Below, piece after piece: positions 17,833-29,131 of a stretch of 64,000 bases of DNA. Made by a program: the position numbers and the translations under genes. Source of the stretch: an uncultured Verrucomicrobiae bacterium. GTDB lineage: Bacteria > Verrucomicrobiota > Verrucomicrobiia > Chthoniobacterales > JAFAMB01. The notes beneath the pieces are model-generated. The model was not told the DNA's origin. It was given only the letters and a program-made list of their open reading frames with translations, and did no database searches. Numbering within the stretch: the first letter of the stretch is position 1; each line of letters begins with the position of its first letter. Location: positions 66,931-130,930 of the forward strand of contig CAVTQD010000029.1 of NCBI GenBank assembly GCA_963736745.1, written 5' to 3'.

Positions 17833-19965
17833 ATGAGTGAAAATCACAGGTCAGGGAAGCTCGTCGGATTGATCCGGTCGGAGACCGCTCAGGAAGCATT
17901 TCAAAAAAAGGTCGGGCAACGGCGTTGGGGAGTCGCTTTGGTCACGCTCGGTATTTCTTTACTCGGTTTGTGGCTGATGATCGACATCGTCGGCGCCAGA
18001 GGATGGACGCCTCTGGAAGTGTTGAGATGTAGGTTTGTTCGGGATATTATTCGCTAGTCTGGCGTTTGGATTTACTCAGGCGTTTCTTGGATTTCTGGTT
18101 CTCGCCGAAGGGCAGGAGCCGCTGAAAATCACGAATACACTGGATGAGGAGACTCCGCTGGCCTCCACGGCGGTCGTGATGCCGGTGTATAACGAAGACG
18201 CTGAAACCGTGTTTGGGAACGTCCGAGCTCTTGTACCAGTCCGTTCAGCAAAGACATGAACTCGATTCATACGATTTTTATATTCTAAGTGATTCAACCG
18301 ATCCGGCGAAAGCGGTCGAGGAGGAGTTGGCTTGGTCGGACATCTGTCGTCAAACGAATGGGTTTGGCAAAATTCATTATCGCCGTCGGAAACTTCCGGT
18401 GAATCGAAAGAGCGGGAACATCGCGGATTTTTGCCGCCGCTGGGGTCATCGCCATCGTTATATGGTCGTGCTTGATGCTGACAGTCTGATGACCGGTGCG
18501 GCAGTTTCTTCTTTGGTCCGACTGATGGAGGCCAATCCGCGCGCTGGAATTATCCAGACAATGCCGCGACTTGATCAGGACAGAAACATTATTTGGTCGG
18601 ATTCAACAGTTTGCGTCGCGCGTTTATAGCCCGATTTTTGCGGCTGGATTGAATTTCTGGCAGCAGGGTGAAGGCAACTATTGGGGGCACAATGCGATTA
18701 TTCGGGTGTCGCCTTTTCTTGCCAGCTGCGCCCTCCCTGGTTTGCCGGGAAAGGAGCCGCTGGGCGGGAGGATCCTGAGCCATGACTTCGTTGAAGCGGC
18801 TCTGATGCGAAATGCGGGATGGGAAGTGTGGTTCGCTTATGACCTGGACGGAAGCTACGAAGGGTTGCCCCCTAATTTGACCGAATACGTCAAAAGAGAT
18901 CGTCGTTGGTGTCAGGGAAACTTGCAACATTTTTGGTTTCTGCTGGCCCAGAACATTCGAGCAACTAGTCGGATTCACCTGATTCAGGGGATTCTTGCCT
19001 ATGCTTCCGCTCCTCTGCTGGTGTTGTTCGTGCTTTTTGGCGGGTTGCAAGCTGGAATCGACCGTCTGCGTGAGGGAGTTGGAACCTTTTCAGTCGCTTC
19101 GGCCAGTGTGCTCTTTCTGATGACGCTGATCTTGCTATTTGGCCCAAAGGTTCTTAGTTTGCTGCATCTCTTTACGCGGCCAAAGGAGATGGCATCTTTC
19201 GGTGGCCCAGTTCGAGTATTGCTCAGCGCTTTTTTGGAGACACTGTTTTCGATTCTTACCGCTCCGGTCCTGGTCTGGTTTCACACGCGATTTGTTCTCC
19301 GAAACATCGGCGGACAAACAGTCACATGGCATACTCAAACGCGCGACGGTGGTGCCGGGCCACGCTGGGTTGAAATCGTTCAAGAGTATTGGCCGTTGCC
19401 GATCGCTGGAGTTGGGCTCGGTGCGTTGGCGTGGTGGATTGCCCCCAGTTATCTGGCCTGGCTTTCTCCGATGCTCATCGGGTTATTGCTGGCAATTCCG
19501 GTCGCTAAGCTCAGTGGTCGTACCGATCTCTTTCGTGGTTTATTTCTGACTCCTGAAGAACTCCAGCCTTCGCAGGAACTCTCTGTGCGATTTCAGTTGC
19601 AGCTCCGCGATGGGGATCAGTTCGTCCATGCGGTTCTCGATCCTTTTTATAATGCCGTGCACGTTGCGCTTCAACGCACTCGTGATATCGGCTCTCCGGC
19701 GATCGGCGGCTATGTGGCATCGTTGGCAACCAAACTTTTCAAAGAAGGTCCAGAGTCATTGACACCTCAGCAAAAACGGGCCCTGCTGGCTGACGGCGAA
19801 ACGTTGGCCTTTATGCATAACCTGATCTGGAAGACGCCTTCGGAAATGATGAACCCTGCTTGGGCGCGGGCACTTGCCCAGTATCGATCATCGTGTCGCC
19901 GGAATCGGCCCAAGCTGGAAAGGGTGGAGGCGGTCTCGACGAAAACGCAGTCCGCCGCCGCGTGA
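17833..19965 (+). CDS. opgH: Glucan biosynthesis glucosyltransferase H, frameshifted
   Basis: [69 protein letters not shown]. Confidence 0.93.
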
Positions 19966-20094
19966 ATGATGCGGTTTCGGCGCATCGGCGTGTCGGAGTA
20001 TCGGCGAGGGTAAGCGTACCGCTGTGCCTCCTAAACATCTAGCAGAGCGCGCACTGCTCTGCCAGCTCCATAAGAAACTCCGCCAAAAAACAAC

Positions 20095-20264
20095 ATTTGA
20101 ACCTATAGCGGTGCAGATTTCGTAGATGACTGTGACCAAGGAGCTTGGCATTATCCGTCGCGAGAATGTATCTGGAACAAAAGATAGCTGACAGAAACGG
20201 TCTGCACTTCTCCTCCATCCTGCGAAATCTGTTGAATTTGTGGTTTCAAATTCGGAATTTGGTT
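20095..20264 (-). repeat. Dispersed ~150-170 bp intergenic element, copy A
   Basis: Reverse strand CCGAATTTGAAACCAC-GAAGTGCAGA-TTTTGTTCCAGAT-GACGGATAATGCCAA-GAAATCTG is collinear with the copies at 32397 and 58739. Confidence 0.75.
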
Positions 20265-20329
20265 TCAACGCCTGATCGGCGGAAACTTCGACAAAGCGGC
20301 TGAGTGTGTTTTTCTTACCAAGCTTCGCA

Positions 20330-21974
20330 ATGAAACGAGTCATCGCCGGAGGGGCGGTTTTACTACTCGTCTCGATTGGGATATTACTTTGGCAGCAAAA
20401 TCGATATACGTCGTCACCTAGCCAGATTGCGCCGGCCGACTGCGTGATCTACTTCGAGTTGCCCAATATAGATCAGACGGCTAAGCGTTGGCCAGAAGCG
20501 GCTCTTTGCCGAATTCTGGGCGAACCGTCAGTCCAACATTTCCTGAGGCAACCGATCTCGAAGGCCTCGCCGAATTACCAAAACGCCTGGCGATCGTTCG
20601 CGTCTTTGCGGTGTAGCGCACTTTTCTTTGGAATGACGGAGCCCGATCATGACCGATGGATTTGCGGTCTGCAAACTTCCGTTGATCAAACCACATGGCG
20701 ACGTGAGATCAGCAATGTTTCGCAGGCACTCTTCGGGCAGACCATCAAAGAAATCAATAATCTGGAACCCGCTGGGATCGACGCGGGAGGAGCCGGCAAA
20801 ATTGAGGCGCAGCTTTATTGTGCCAGGGCCGGTTCGTGGATCCTGCTGGGCCGCAGCACGGACTTGTTGCTTGAGGCAGTTCGGAATTCGAAGATGCGGT
20901 CTGGAGGGTTGCAGTCGCTGAAATTGTTTCAGGAATGTCGAGCAAACGCTCCGATCGGCTATGATCTTCTTTCTTTTATTCAGGGCAGACCTTCTCTCGA
21001 TCCGTCGGCCGGTTTGCATTGGCGCTTTCATGACCAGGAGAGCCAGGGAAAAGTTCGAGCATTGCTTGCGGCGACGACCATCGTTGGCACGCGGCTGCGG
21101 GACACGGTGTTTACCTTCACCGGTACCCCTCCCAATGGCAGCCCCCTCGATCGAAAGGGATTTGCTATGACGAGCCCGTCAACGATCGGTTACTTGGCTA
21201 CGCAAGTGGGTTTTTCCGAGATTTGGCAGTGGTGCGGTCAGCTCTCAGAGGAATCCCAGTTGGCCGAGACCATCCGAAACTATATGGGCCAAGCGAGATC
21301 GTTCGGGATCGAACCTCGAGATCTCGACAATCTGGTTTCTGGCGCAGAAATCATCGTTGATCGCGAGCCGAAGGCAGATTCGCTGAGTACGGCAATTTCG
21401 CTTCAAGTGACCGATCCAGACAAATTTCGACACTTGATGGACCAGATTGTGACGGAAAAGTTTCCTGATTGCTCCAGAAAGATTGAGGTCGCATCGGTGC
21501 CCGCCTATGTGATGCAGGTGAACGAGAGAGCTGCGATCGTATTTCGGTCTCATCGGCGGTCAATTCCTGATCTCAGGGAGCCAATCGAGCTTCGGAGAGT
21601 TCGTGCATCGGTTGCAGAGCCAGGCTCCTGGATTGAAAACGGACAGTCAATTCAAGTCGATCGCTAAGCTGGTGGCTGAACCGTACGATTTGTTTGCTTA
21701 CCTCGATACGAAGCCAGGCTTTGAGAGAGTCTATGAGGCGTCCAGGCCGATGCTCGTGTTCGGAATTCTCCTGATGCCTGCTCTCAATCGATATTTCGAT
21801 GCGATGGCACTGCCGGCAACCGGCGATATCAGCAAGCACCTGAGTCCGATCGTGCTTTCAAGACATCGCGTGGCGAACGGTGTTATTGACGAATCGGTCG
21901 GGCCAATCACCGCCTATGATGCCGTTGTACTACTCTTGGGAGGCGCCATGGCGATGGGACTATGGGAGCGTTAG
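20330..21974 (+). CDS. Membrane-anchored hypothetical protein (DUF3352-like), frameshift near 21545
   Basis: N-terminal TM helix; long ORF continued by 21603-21974. Confidence 0.55.
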
Positions 21975-21991
21975 TGCTCGCAGCAAAAACT

Positions 21992-22020
21992 TTGATAGGA
22001 CGGCCCGCCCAGAATAGGTT
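21992..22020 (+). promoter_or_regulatory. Putative sigma70 promoter of yggS
   Basis: TTGATA-N17-TAGGTT; same -10 as the rplM promoter. Confidence 0.55.
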
Positions 22021-22037
22021 CGACCAAGGATGCATCC

Positions 22038-22730
22038 ATGGGTGCGAATATCGCTGAAAATCTGCAATCCGTTCGAATGGATATCGCCGAATCAGAACGG
22101 GCATCGGGGCGCCCCGCCGGGAGCGTTGAGCTCTTGGCTGTCAGCAAGACGCATCCTGCAGAGGTGATCCGGCAGGCTGTTGAAGCAGGCCAAGTATTGT
22201 TTGGCGAGAACAGGATTCAAGAGGCGAAGGCGAAAATTCCCGATCTACCGGCGAAACTGCGCTGGCACTTGATCGGCCATCTGCAGAGCAACAAAATCCG
22301 TCAGGCCTTGCCTCTTTTTGAACTGATTCATGGCGTCGATTCAGTTGAACTGGTGGATGAGATTCAGCGTATTGCCGGGGATCTTGGTCTCTTTCCCAGA
22401 GTGTTACTGCAGGTAAACGTCTCCGGGGAATCCTCGAAATTCGGATTCGCCCCCGAGCGGCTGCTATCGGACGTCGAACGGATATCACGCGCCGACCGAG
22501 TGCAGGTGGAAGGACTGATGACCATTCCGCCACTGGCGGCCAATCCGGAAAATTCGCGGAAATATTTTATTCAATTGCGGCAGCTGCGCGAGAGGTTGGA
22601 GAAGGAGTTCCGGCTTCCTCTTCCTCAACTATCGATGGGAATGAGTGGGGATTATCGGATCGCGGTCGAGGAAGGCGCGACTCTTGTACGGGTGGGCACT
22701 GCGATATTCGGTGAGCGTCGAGGGAAATGA
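22038..22730 (+). CDS. yggS: PLP homeostasis protein YggS/PLPBP
   Basis: LLAVSKT, FGENRIQE, WHLIGHLQSNK, LSMGMSGDY, VRVGTAIFG. Confidence 0.95.
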   Translation: MGANIAENLQSVRMDIAESERASGRPAGSVELLAVSKTHPAEVIRQAVEAGQVLFGENRIQEAKAKIPDLPAKLRWHLIGHLQSNKIRQALPLFELIHGVDSVELVDEIQRIAGDLGLFPRVLLQVNVSGESSKFGFAPERLLSDVERISRADRVQVEGLMTIPPLAANPENSRKYFIQLRQLRERLEKEFRLPLPQLSMGMSGDYRIAVEEGATLVRVGTAIFGERRGK

Positions 22731-23101
22731 CCATGAGCGACCGCATAGCGAAACGTGTTGCAGCCTTCTTAGGTTTTTCCGGCGTTTTGTGTGGTGCTTT
22801 CGGCGCTCATGTTTTCCGCGGTTTGCTGGAAAAGTCAGGAATGACGCAGATCTGGCAGACCGGGGTGCTCTACCATCTTGTGCACGCGCTGGTGCTCCTC
22901 GTCCTGAGCGGATGGCGGCCGGTGCCGCGAGCTGCATTTAATCTCATTCTCAGCGGGGTGATCGTTTTCAGCGGATCGCTCTATATCTTGGCGTTGACCA
23001 ATTTCAAATGGTTTGGCGCGATCACGCCGCTTGGCGGCTTCGGGATGTTAGCCGGCTGGCTGGTTCTGTTGTTCGCAAATAGAAATGAGACTCTGCATTA
23101 A
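22727..23101 (+). CDS. DUF423 (YgdD/TMEM256) membrane protein
   Basis: GAFGAH, TGVLYHLVHAL, FSGSLY, GAITPLGG. Confidence 0.9.
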   Translation: MTMSDRIAKRVAAFLGFSGVLCGAFGAHVFRGLLEKSGMTQIWQTGVLYHLVHALVLLVLSGWRPVPRAAFNLILSGVIVFSGSLYILALTNFKWFGAITPLGGFGMLAGWLVLLFANRNETLH

Positions 23102-23217
23102 CCGCAAATCCTTAGAGATTTAGATTTTGCTGCTGGCCAGCGCCACGGTATCCTATCCTTCAGGGCTCGAAAGTTTGCCATCCATCATTTTGTAGATTTG
23201 AGGGTGAGAACGCCCGG

Positions 23218-23967
23218 TTATTTCAACTTTTGTTCCGCCTCGGCTACATATCGGCGATCCTCGGCATCGGTTGGCTTGAGCGCTTGGACCTTTAACCATT
23301 CTGCTCTGGCTTCCTTCGACTTTCCCATCGATTCCAATGCTTGCGCGAATTCGGCATGATGGATAATTCGCTCTGGCGCCGCGGCGATGGCCCTCTGAAA
23401 GTAGTCTACGGCTTGTTCTTTCGATGCTGGTGGAAGCTGACCATACAACGTCTGGGCGATAGCTTTAAGAATGGGATTTAGAGTGGCCATGTCGAAATTC
23501 CAGCGAGCAAGTATGAGCAGAGCCAGGTCATTTTTCGGATTCAGCTTAACAGCCACTTCTGCCTCTGACTTTACGACCTTGGAATATTCCATTTTGGTTT
23601 TGTTATCGACGAAGTCGGTCATCTTTCCGTAAGCGATGGAGAGGCAGACATGGGCGTCGGCATTGTCCGGCGCTACACGTACGGCGTTCTTGGCGTACTC
23701 CAAACACAACTTCGCGAAAGCCAACTTTTGCGACCGATTTTTCGTATCATCGATTTTGTCTGAATAGTCCTGCGACAACTTGATAAGCAGGCCGGGATCA
23801 TTCGGACTGATTTTTTCTGCCTGTTTCAGGACTGCGATCGCGTCGTCGATCCGTTCTTGCGCATCGAGTTCATCAGCCTTACGGATCAATGCCGAAACAT
23901 CCTGGCTCTGTGCGACAGCGGCAAAAAAAATGGAGCAAATCGTCGCGGTGAGGGAGAATAATCGCAT
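23218..23967 (-). CDS. Exported TPR protein resembling RMDN/RMD1-type repeats
   Basis: Signal peptide; ADAHVCLSIAYGK, AVKLNP, LARWNF, YGQLPPASKEQAVDYFQRAI. Confidence 0.65.
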   Translation of the reverse strand: MRLFSLTATICSIFFAAVAQSQDVSALIRKADELDAQERIDDAIAVLKQAEKISPNDPGLLIKLSQDYSDKIDDTKNRSQKLAFAKLCLEYAKNAVRVAPDNADAHVCLSIAYGKMTDFVDNKTKMEYSKVVKSEAEVAVKLNPKNDLALLILARWNFDMATLNPILKAIAQTLYGQLPPASKEQAVDYFQRAIAAAPERIIHHAEFAQALESMGKSKEARAEWLKVQALKPTDAEDRRYVAEAEQKLK

Positions 23968-24041
23968 GGACCTATGATCGAGGCTGAATGCGCTTTTGCA
24001 AGGCGACCTGGCAACGCGCCTGGCTCGGGAACAGAATCCCG

Positions 24042-24070
24042 TTGACATGAGGCCGGCTTAACCCTAGGTT
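24042..24070 (+). promoter_or_regulatory. Sigma70 promoter of rplM-rpsI
   Basis: TTGACA-N17-TAGGTT ending 23 bp before the ATG. Confidence 0.7.
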
Positions 24071-24093
24071 CCGGGCTCTTTTCGAAGGATTTC

Positions 24094-24519
24094 ATGAGGA
24101 CATTTTCAGCCAAGTCGAAGCAGATAGACCGAAAATGGTACATCGTTGACGCGAAGGACCGGTCGCTTGGTCGGGTCGCGGTAACGGTGGCGAATCTTCT
24201 CCGTGGCAAAGGGAAGACAATATTTACTCCGCACATCGATACGGGCGACTTTGTGGTCGTCATCAACGCGGAAAAGGTTCGTCTGACCGGCAAGAAGGAA
24301 ATCCAAAAGAAATTTACAAGTTTTTCCGGGTTTGTCGGTGGACACAAATCAGAAACGGCCGGACGTCGTCGAGATCGTCGCCCGGAGTTGTTGATCGAAC
24401 ACGCAGTAAGAGGGATGATCCCGCACAACCGTCTGGGGCGGGCGCTGTACACCAAACTGAAAGTCTACAAAGGGGAGCAGCATCCGCATGAAGCACAGCT
24501 GCCCATCCCGGTTCCCTAA
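24094..24519 (+). CDS. rplM: 50S ribosomal protein L13
   Basis: [41 protein letters not shown]. Confidence 0.98.
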   Translation: MRTFSAKSKQIDRKWYIVDAKDRSLGRVAVTVANLLRGKGKTIFTPHIDTGDFVVVINAEKVRLTGKKEIQKKFTSFSGFVGGHKSETAGRRRDRRPELLIEHAVRGMIPHNRLGRALYTKLKVYKGEQHPHEAQLPIPVP

Positions 24520-24533
24520 TCCTATTCCTTAAT

Positions 24534-24923
24534 ATGTCAGAGGTATTTGCCGCTACAGGTCGCCGCAAAACAGCAGTTGCGCAGGTTCGTATTTCTCGCG
24601 GGTCGGGAAAAATAGAGGTGAACGGTCGCCCGTTGGAGGAATATTTTTCGACTCCGTCCCTGCAATTTACTGTGCTCAAGCCGTTTGAGGTGACCAAGAC
24701 GAGCAACACATTTGACGTCAAGGTGAGGACGACGGGCGGCGGGATTACAGGGCAAGCCGGAGCTATTCGTCTGGCGATTTCGCGTGCGCTCCTCGCGCAT
24801 GATGCTGCGATGCGGCCCGTATTGAAGGAGGAAGGACTCCTTACACGCGACCCGAGGATGAGGGAGCGCAAGAAATCGGGCCAACCTGGTGCGCGTAAGC
24901 GATTCCAGTTCTCGAAGCGGTAG
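24534..24923 (+). CDS. rpsI: 30S ribosomal protein S9
   Basis: [38 protein letters not shown]. Confidence 0.98.
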   Translation: MSEVFAATGRRKTAVAQVRISRGSGKIEVNGRPLEEYFSTPSLQFTVLKPFEVTKTSNTFDVKVRTTGGGITGQAGAIRLAISRALLAHDAAMRPVLKEEGLLTRDPRMRERKKSGQPGARKRFQFSKR

Positions 24924-25133
24924 GGAAGAATGCGAGTCCTGGGCGGAAGATTTGGAAGTGGCCGCACCGCAAAACCGAAACCGGCAGCCAAAAATCGCCG
25001 GTAGCGGGGTTAACCCAGGAATTGCAGGAGTCCAGGAGTTGCAGCAATTGGAGGACGCTCCTTGATTCTGGTTTCCTGAATTCTTCCCCTCAAGTTGCTT
25101 TTCGACACTCGAGTCGGTAGCTTGGCCTCACCG

Positions 25134-26030
25134 ATGTCTTGCTCGAAAATCGATCCGTCGTTGCACCAGTCGAAAAAGCCCGCGTGGATCAAGGTCCGAT
25201 TGCCGTCAAGTCCGGTCTTTTTTTCCACGAAAGCCCTGATTTCAGATCTTCGGCTACACACGGTTTGCGAATCCGCTCAGTGCCCAAATCGCTGGGAATG
25301 CTGGAGTCAAGGAACCGCCACGTTCATGATTGCCGGGGAGAGATGTACTCGCGCCTGCGGTTTTTGTGCGGTCACTACCGCTAAACCGTTTTCCTTGGAA
25401 GGAGACGAGCCTCTACGCGTGGCGGAAGCGATCCGGCGCATGAAATTGAAGCATGTGGTGATAACCGCTGTCGCCCGCGACGATCTCGCCGATGGTGGAG
25501 CAAACCATTTCGCGGAAACGATCCGGGCCATCCGAAACCTGGATCCCGAAATCGTCATTGAAGTTCTGACTCCGGATTTCAATGGGAAAGAGAGTTCTCT
25601 TCGACTCGTCTTAGAAGCGCAACCCGACATCTTTAATCATAATCTGGAGACGGTCGAACGCCTGACGCCCGCGGTACGATCGCGTGCAAAGTATCGGTTG
25701 TCCCTGGAAGTGTTGCGACGGGCCAAAGAGTTGGACCCGGGCGCGGTCACTAAGAGCGGGGTAATGTTGGGACTGGGGGAGACTGAGGCGGAGTTGTTTC
25801 AAGCGATGGACGATCTGCGCGAGGCGCATGTCCAGGTTCTGACTCTTGGGCAATACCTCAGGCCGACTCCAAATCATCTGCCGGTTCTTGAGTATATCCG
25901 CCCTGAGCTGTTCGAACTATATAAACAGGTCGCCGAACAAAAGGGCTTCGATTACGTTGCATCCGGGCCGCTTGTCCGGAGTTCTTATCATGCCGCGGAT
26001 TACCATCCAACTCGCCGTCGAACGAGATAG
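25134..26030 (+). CDS. lipA: Lipoyl synthase
   Basis: CESAQCPNRWEC, CTRACGFC, HNLETV, VRSSYHA. Confidence 0.97.
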   Translation: MSCSKIDPSLHQSKKPAWIKVRLPSSPVFFSTKALISDLRLHTVCESAQCPNRWECWSQGTATFMIAGERCTRACGFCAVTTAKPFSLEGDEPLRVAEAIRRMKLKHVVITAVARDDLADGGANHFAETIRAIRNLDPEIVIEVLTPDFNGKESSLRLVLEAQPDIFNHNLETVERLTPAVRSRAKYRLSLEVLRRAKELDPGAVTKSGVMLGLGETEAELFQAMDDLREAHVQVLTLGQYLRPTPNHLPVLEYIRPELFELYKQVAEQKGFDYVASGPLVRSSYHAADYHPTRRRTR

Positions 26031-26088
26031 GCTGGCTTTGACGATCTCAAAGCGGATGGGCGATCGATGACCGGGAAGGGTCGCTGGT

Positions 26089-26589
26089 TCAGTGAGTAGC
26101 TGTGCTAGCCGGCGGTTTCGGATTGGAGAATTCTTTTTTTAGCATCTCGATGATTGCGGCGTTGCCAGCCTGGCGTTTCTCCTGCAAGTCATGCACGAGT
26201 TGTTCTTCCAAACGACGTCGTTCCTGCAGGTAACGCTTGTGGAATTGCGCTCGCTGCTCGTCGTTGAGCTGCAACCCGGACTTTTGGTAGGCTTCATTGA
26301 TTGAAGCTTCCAGCTTTTGACGTTGCACACGCTCTCTTTGGCGCAATACTTCTTTCTCATCCTGGCTCAGATCCTGCCAGCGATGAAAGTTTTGCAGGAT
26401 CCTCTCCTGCTGTTCCGTTGACATCTGCTCGAATGCCTTGCGCAAGAGCTCAAACCGGCCGGCACTAGTGGAAACGGAAGGGCTTGTTTGCGGCGCCGCA
26501 GTGGAGGTCGGTGAGGTGGAAACAACCTGCGCCTGACTCTCCGTGACCGCGAAACCCGCGAGAATCAATGCGGCGAAGAATCTAACCAT
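26089..26589 (-). CDS. Exported helical protein (DUF3106-like)
   Basis: Signal peptide; FEQMSTEQQERI and RWQDLSQDEKEVLR repeats. Confidence 0.55.
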   Translation of the reverse strand: MVRFFAALILAGFAVTESQAQVVSTSPTSTAAPQTSPSVSTSAGRFELLRKAFEQMSTEQQERILQNFHRWQDLSQDEKEVLRQRERVQRQKLEASINEAYQKSGLQLNDEQRAQFHKRYLQERRRLEEQLVHDLQEKRQAGNAAIIEMLKKEFSNPKPPASTATH

Positions 26590-26652
26590 ACGGAAGATTC
26601 CTCGGAGGAGAGCGCAGAATCCAGGTCGGCTATCAACTCGAGGTCGCTTGGC

Positions 26653-26910
26653 TCAGATCTGTGTTACAATCACTGGTTTGGACTCGATCTTGTGTTCGAC
26701 GCGAACGCTGAAAACGGTCAAAAAGACTGCCAGCGCGCCCGCCAACGCTCCGGGCAGACCGAACCGCAACCAATTTGTCCAGAACACTCTGCGATCCTCT
26801 TTCAGCTTTCTTACCGAAGCGACGACTTTGGCAGCAAAGAATGGTGAAGGCTCTTCGACCTTCGCCTTTCCAAGCAAGCTCCAAAGTTGATCGCGTTCTG
26901 GATCGTTCAT
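26653..26910 (-). CDS. Small single-TM protein resembling anti-sigma-type proteins; C-terminus possibly frameshifted
   Basis: DQLWSLLGKA-EPSPFFAAKV followed by a TM helix. Confidence 0.5.
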   Translation of the reverse strand: MNDPERDQLWSLLGKAKVEEPSPFFAAKVVASVRKLKEDRRVFWTNWLRFGLPGALAGALAVFLTVFSVRVEHKIESKPVIVTQI

Positions 26911-26989
26911 TGCGTTGAATTGAACACCACAGATTGCCTAAAGTTTCAATCAGACCAAGCAGCTGCCTCTTTAATCCGAAAGCAAAGTA

Positions 26990-27174
26990 TAAGTACAACG
27001 CAGTGACTTCCCGCTCAAGGAGGTTTTACGTTCAGCGTTCAACGGCGCGCGGCGCAGTCAGGACATCGGTAACACGTTAATTTAGGAGGCAGATGACAAC
27101 GGCCACCGAATGCGGTCTCAAACGCTGGCGAACGTCGAACGCTGGTGCACCAGTCACTGACTTGGTGCACTAGT
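26990..27174. repeat. Degenerate MITE-like element related to the lexA repeat scaffold
   Basis: CAGTGACT (27001-27008) and AGTCACTG (27152-27159) are inverted; right end TGCACTAGT; internal GCGTTCAACG and AACGTCGAAC in the same order as in the lexA unit. Confidence 0.5.
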
Positions 27175-27175
27175 C

Positions 27176-29032
27176 CTACTCCCCGGCTTCGAGGAATCCT
27201 TCAAGTTGCCGGATTCGCGTTGGATGGCGCATCTTTCGCAGTGCTTTCGCTTCGATCTGCCGAATGCGTTCGCGTGTGACACGAAATTGACGGCCTACCT
27301 CTTCGAGAGTTCTGCTATAACCGTCCACGAGGCCGAACCGCTGTTCGAGAACCTGGCGTTCACGCTCGGTCAAGGTGTCCAGGACGTCCCGGATTTTTTC
27401 CCGAAGCAGGACGATTGCGGTCATGTCGCTGGGATTTTCGGCGCCCTTGTCCTCGATGAAATCGCCGAAGCTGGTGTCGTCGCTATCCCCTACTGGGCTC
27501 TGCAGCGAGATCGGTTGCTGGGCCATCTTGAGGACGGCACGGACACGCTCGACAGGTAGCTGAATTTCCTCAGCCACCTCTTCGGGGGTAGGCTCTCTCC
27601 CATATTCCTGAACCAACTGCTTCTGTACCCGCATCAGCTTGTTGATCGTCTCGATCATGTGCACGGGGATGCGGATTGTGCGGGCCTGATCCGCGATCGA
27701 TCGGGTAATCGCCTGGCGAATCCACCAAGTGGCGTAGGTGGAAAATTTGTAACCGCGTCTATACTCGAATTTCTCGACGGCTTTCATCAGGCCCATGTTG
27801 CCTTCTTGGATCAGATCGAGAAATGAGAGGCCGCGATTTGTGTATTTCTTGGCGATTGAAATCACCAGCCTTAGATTGGCTTCTACCATCTCCGTTTTGG
27901 CTCGAAGAGCCCGTTTGAGCCAGTCTTTCAGATCGCAATGCTGACGGATGTAGTCTTCGGGTCTAAGCCAGAGCTTGTATTCGAGCTCGCGCAAACGGCT
28001 CCGGTAGTCAGGCAACCGGTCTCGCGCGGCCGTCGTCGATCCCTGCTCGGTCCGGGTAATTTCGTTCTGCAAGTTGTTCAGTATACGCAGATAATCATCC
28101 GCCAGTTGGACAAACTCCTCGGTGACCTTCTGTTTGAAGTAGAATCTCGGGTAGAGTTTCATCAGGCTGGTGTGCGCCTTTTGAAATTCCGATTTCACAG
28201 AGAATTCCTTTCCTGCCTCGCGAGCTTCCATCAGCTTGCGGTATAGTGCCGCGACCTCGCCGCTTGTTCGTTCAATCTGCGAACAAAGCTTCGGGAGCCC
28301 TTTCATGTAGCGTTCGCGGCTCTCGATTTTCTTATCGAGAATAACTCGGTCAAATCGCTCTCGTCCCTCGATTAACTTCTGCGCCAGATCCAGGTGCGAT
28401 TTCGACGTGAAGCCGAACCTGTTGATGAATCTCTGGACCATCATTTCGGCGTCTTCGATCCGCTTCGAGATTTCGACTTCCTGTTCGCGCGTCAGCAGGG
28501 GAACTTGCCCCATTTGCTTCAAATACATTCGGACGGGATCATCGAGAATATCGAGCTTTTGATCTTTTTCCTCTTCCTCGTCGTCTATGTCCTTTTTGCC
28601 GTCCTTATAGCGATCGACTTCGGATGCATCGATGATGTCCACCTCCATCGACCGAAGCCGGTTGATGAGCTGCTCCATTTCCTCCGGATCAGCCATGTTC
28701 TCAGGTAGAGCCTCATTGATGTCGTCGTAGGTGACGTAGCCTTGTTCCTTGGCAAGCTTCACCATGTCCCGGACCCTCTCCTGGAGGTCAAGAGCCGGAT
28801 CTGAAGACACCAGCTTCGACGCTAATCCGGAATGTCCGTTTGTCGACACGACGGAAATGTGCAGCTCCTGAGATGTCTCCGGCCGAATTTTGTCTTTTGT
28901 CGCAAGCTGAGAAATTTTCTTTACGGCAAAAGCAGCTTTTTTGCTGGATCCCTTAGGTTTCTTCTCGTCGTCGGCGGTTTTTGTTTTGGCACTTTTCGAT
29001 TTGGATGAATTTTGAGAAGTAAGCTTTGCCAT
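27176..29032 (-). CDS. rpoD: Primary sigma factor RpoD
   Basis: [59 protein letters not shown]. Confidence 0.98.
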   Translation of the reverse strand: MAKLTSQNSSKSKSAKTKTADDEKKPKGSSKKAAFAVKKISQLATKDKIRPETSQELHISVVSTNGHSGLASKLVSSDPALDLQERVRDMVKLAKEQGYVTYDDINEALPENMADPEEMEQLINRLRSMEVDIIDASEVDRYKDGKKDIDDEEEEKDQKLDILDDPVRMYLKQMGQVPLLTREQEVEISKRIEDAEMMVQRFINRFGFTSKSHLDLAQKLIEGRERFDRVILDKKIESRERYMKGLPKLCSQIERTSGEVAALYRKLMEAREAGKEFSVKSEFQKAHTSLMKLYPRFYFKQKVTEEFVQLADDYLRILNNLQNEITRTEQGSTTAARDRLPDYRSRLRELEYKLWLRPEDYIRQHCDLKDWLKRALRAKTEMVEANLRLVISIAKKYTNRGLSFLDLIQEGNMGLMKAVEKFEYRRGYKFSTYATWWIRQAITRSIADQARTIRIPVHMIETINKLMRVQKQLVQEYGREPTPEEVAEEIQLPVERVRAVLKMAQQPISLQSPVGDSDDTSFGDFIEDKGAENPSDMTAIVLLREKIRDVLDTLTERERQVLEQRFGLVDGYSRTLEEVGRQFRVTRERIRQIEAKALRKMRHPTRIRQLEGFLEAGE

Positions 29033-29131
29033 AACCACCTACGAACTTTGCCACAACTACCTACAAATACTTTCGCGGCTCCGACAAGGGGGGGAATGAG
29101 AAACAATTGCTATCGGATGGATCCACTTTTC

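Noticed and set aside
19965-20030. Octamer-like run (ATCGGCGT GTCGGAGT ATCGGCGA)
   Set aside because: Only 3-4 degenerate copies with no clear inverted partner; too weak to call
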